Shown piece after piece: positions 29,660 through 32,000 of a DNA stretch of 32,000 bases (its first letter is position 1; each line of letters begins with the position of its first letter). The translations under genes were made by a program, and so were the position numbers. The stretch comes from Methanocaldococcus jannaschii DSM 2661 (GTDB lineage Archaea; AGJL01; Methanococci; Methanococcales; Methanocaldococcaceae), in contig NC_000909.1 in NCBI RefSeq assembly GCF_000091665.1, positions 1,404,118-1,436,117 of the forward strand. The letters are read 5' to 3'. Under the pieces are notes generated by a model that was not told the origin of the DNA, ran no database searches, and saw only the letters and a program-made list of their open reading frames with translations.

Positions 29660-30078
29660 TTGTCCTCAGCCCATAGCTTCATCGGGAACACCATTCCCTT
29701 CACTATAAGTTCATCAGACTTAGGACTGAACAGATACAGCCCCAAAATCCAAACTTCGTTAATATTTAGTATCAACATTTCGTCTCGAAGGCAAAGCCTC
29801 CTCATTAACATTATGATATAACAATACATATTACTATTTTAATAAAAAAACAATATTTATATTGTGATATTGTTTATTATGATATGCTACTGTAAGTTAT
29901 AGAAAATTAAAAACTGTTTCGAACCCTCCTTTTGGAAGACGTTTAAATATTCCATATTGATTTTAATAACTTTTCTAAAGACCGTATATATAGATTTATA
30001 TATAGATTTATGATTTCTATGGAGTTATTTTGAAGTTATTTTAGAGACATAAAAAATATAATAATAAAATATTATTGT

Positions 30079-31296
30079 TTATAACTCTTTCAAAATTCTT
30101 TTTAAAACATTCATATCACATTCAATCTTTATCGGCTCTTCACTTGCCCTTATAGCTGCATCTGGGTCTTTCAACCCATGCCCTGTTGTTATACAAACAA
30201 TTCTTTCATCTCTATCAATAATTCCTTCTTCTAATAACTTTTTAAGCCCAGCTATTGATGAAGCTGAAGCTGGTTCAACAAAAATTCCCTCTTTTCTTGC
30301 CAATAGCTTTTGAGCTTCAACAATCTCTTCATCAGTAACTGCTTCAGCATAACCTCCAGAGGAGTATATGGCATCTAAAGCCTTTGGGGCATTTACTGGA
30401 TTTCCAATCCTTATAGCTGTTGCAATTGTCTCTGGATTTTTATATGGGATGATGTCTTTAGCTCTCTTTCTAAATGCTTCAACAATTGGCTTAGCTCCAT
30501 CTGCCTGAATTCCGGTCATTTTTGGGAGTTCATCTATAATGCCAGTAATTTCAAATTCTTTAAATCCTTTCCATATAGCTGAGATGTTTCCAGCATTTCC
30601 AACTGGAACAATAACTCTATCTGGGACTTGCCAGTTTAATTGGTCACATATTTCAAATGCTATGGTTTTCTGTCCCTCTAATCTAAATGGATTTATTGAA
30701 TTTAATAAATAAATCAACTTCTCTTTTGCTAATTGTTTAACCATATCTAATGCATCATCAAAGTTCCCTTTGACTTGAATAACCTTAGCTCCATAGAACA
30801 TTGCTTGAGCTAACTTTCCTAAGGCAACTTTTCCTTCTGGTAATAGAACAATACATTTCTTTCCACTTCTTGCTGAGTAAGCGGCTAAAGAAGCGGATGT
30901 ATTTCCTGTTGAAGCACAGCCAACAACCTCAACACCCAACTCATTTGCCCTTGTTACTCCAACAGTCATCCCCCTATCTTTAAAGCTTCCAGTTGGATTA
31001 GCCCCTTCATTTTTTACATAGAGTTCTTTAATTCCAAGCTCTTTTTCCAAGTTGTTACATCTATATAATGGAGTTCCTCCTTCACATAGACTTACAATTT
31101 TACTTTCGTCTTTTACTGGTAAGTATTCCAAATATCTCCAGACTCCAATTTCTCTCTTTCTTAGTTTTTCTTCTGAAACTTTATCTTTAATCTCTTCATA
31201 ATCATAAATAATCTCCAATAAGCCACCACATTCGCAGGTGTAGATTATCTCATCCACATCGTAAGTTTTTCCACATTTAATACATCTTTGTAACAT
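30079..31296 (-). CDS. thrC: Threonine synthase
   Basis: PLP site ANPTGSFKDRGMTVGVTRA, CASTGNTSASLAAYSARSG, VPVGNAGNISAIWKG, TGHGLKDPDA; N-terminal Zn-ribbon-like CxxC (CIKCGKTY, CECGG). Confidence 0.96.
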   Translation of the reverse strand: MLQRCIKCGKTYDVDEIIYTCECGGLLEIIYDYEEIKDKVSEEKLRKREIGVWRYLEYLPVKDESKIVSLCEGGTPLYRCNNLEKELGIKELYVKNEGANPTGSFKDRGMTVGVTRANELGVEVVGCASTGNTSASLAAYSARSGKKCIVLLPEGKVALGKLAQAMFYGAKVIQVKGNFDDALDMVKQLAKEKLIYLLNSINPFRLEGQKTIAFEICDQLNWQVPDRVIVPVGNAGNISAIWKGFKEFEITGIIDELPKMTGIQADGAKPIVEAFRKRAKDIIPYKNPETIATAIRIGNPVNAPKALDAIYSSGGYAEAVTDEEIVEAQKLLARKEGIFVEPASASSIAGLKKLLEEGIIDRDERIVCITTGHGLKDPDAAIRASEEPIKIECDMNVLKRILKEL

Positions 31297-31316
31297 TATG
31301 CCACCTCATAACATTG

Positions 31317-31411
31317 AATAGGACTTTTGCAGTTTATAGATTTGTTAAGGTTACTTGATATCTAACGGTGTTATCATTCAATTAGAATTGTATTCTTGCG
31401 AAAGTCCTATT
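31317..31411. repeat. 95-bp inverted-repeat element upstream of thrC
   Basis: aataggacttttgc (31317-31330) vs reverse complement of gcgaaagtcctatt (31398-31411): 13/14 match. Confidence 0.65.
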
Positions 31412-31630
31412 AGGCACTTTTAGGCTTATATTAATTCTTTAAAATTTTATTAAGTTTTTGAAAAATGCTACATATTATTAAACATGCCACTATGTAACCA
31501 TGTATTATTAAATCTTTATGCATTAAATATTTATAGCAATACCTAATATTTAGCATTAAAAATTTAGAATCTATAAATAGAGTAAACACGAGATGTTATC
31601 TTAAAACCTTATTAGTTCCCATCGAGGTTG

Positions 31631-32000
31631 TCAAGTTAACGATTTCATCCAGTTGTAGAACATCATGAAGCTTTTTATCCAGCTAATAACCGTATCGAAT
31701 TTACTATTATTTGGAAATCTATTGTAGAATACTTTAGTTCTTCGTTTGAGCACTGAGAAGAAGCTTTCTACGCAATTTCTTAGTCCGAATTTGACTCTTT
31801 CGAATTCTAAGCCTAATTTTCGCAACGCCCACGGATACCACTTTCCACCGTCAACTAAAATCTTTGGCTTATTCGAGCAAAATTTTAATATACTCTTAAC
31901 GAATAATATAGTATCGAGGTAATTTCTTGTCTTCGATATATAAACTCCTAAGCATTCTTTCGTTTCTACATCGATGGCAGACCATGCATAAATATATTTG
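31631..32000 (-). mobile_element. 3' part of DDE transposase gene of an insertion sequence (IS6-like/ISMja family), continues beyond right edge
   Basis: Minus-strand frame is open to the edge: [122 protein letters not shown]. The track shows only the internal Met ORF 31631..31825. Confidence 0.88.

Noticed and set aside
29640-29720. C/D-box sRNA on the minus strand (tctgatgaac ... cccgatgaagctatgggctga)
   Set aside because: C-like and D-like boxes exist, but no properly spaced D' box or clear 10-12 nt guide arrangement; not strong enough to call.
29910-29950. tRNA T-arm-like string on the reverse strand (gggttcgaaac)
   Set aside because: No matching acceptor, D or anticodon arms at tRNA spacing.
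29900-30010. Possible degenerate CRISPR repeat (aactgtttcgaac..., attttaataac...)
   Set aside because: Only short fragments resemble methanocaldococcal CRISPR repeats as I remember them; no repeat-spacer periodicity.

Overview
The window is a dense, AT-rich hyperthermophilic methanogen chromosome segment. Gene content and order match my recollection of the Methanocaldococcus jannaschii MJ1434-MJ1466 neighbourhood (inference, not searched). In order it holds: the C-terminus of a HhH-GPD/FeS DNA glycosylase, archaeal Hfq, a HAD hydrolase, cobS, a secreted thermonuclease, archaeal GHMP shikimate kinase, a cobN/bchH-like chelatase, FEN-1, a phosphoesterase, pyrK, and fused fae-hps. A Type II restriction-modification pair follows (N4-cytosine-type MTase plus TdeIII/MjaII-like REase). 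After it come an FAD oxidoreductase with a Cys cluster, methanogenesis marker 14, a SAM methyltransferase, a DUF447 protein, aroD, a TIM-barrel protein, hisD, an ACT-domain protein, adenine deaminase, a V4R protein, a circularly permuted GTPase, thrC, and the 3' part of a DDE transposase running off the right edge. I found no rRNA, tRNA or CRISPR array. No clearly new multigene system is visible. The signals most worth following are non-genic. A GC-rich palindromic element sits in frame inside the chelatase gene, and similar hairpins occur elsewhere. The 5' end and RBS of the shikimate kinase gene are duplicated around a two-hairpin insert. A 108-bp inverted-repeat element lies upstream of FEN-1, and a GC-rich, highly foldable intergenic block at about 29.59-29.76 kb is an ncRNA candidate. 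A 95-bp inverted-repeat element lies between thrC and the transposase. The supplied ORF track labels 25818..26306 as '+', but that protein is encoded on the minus strand.
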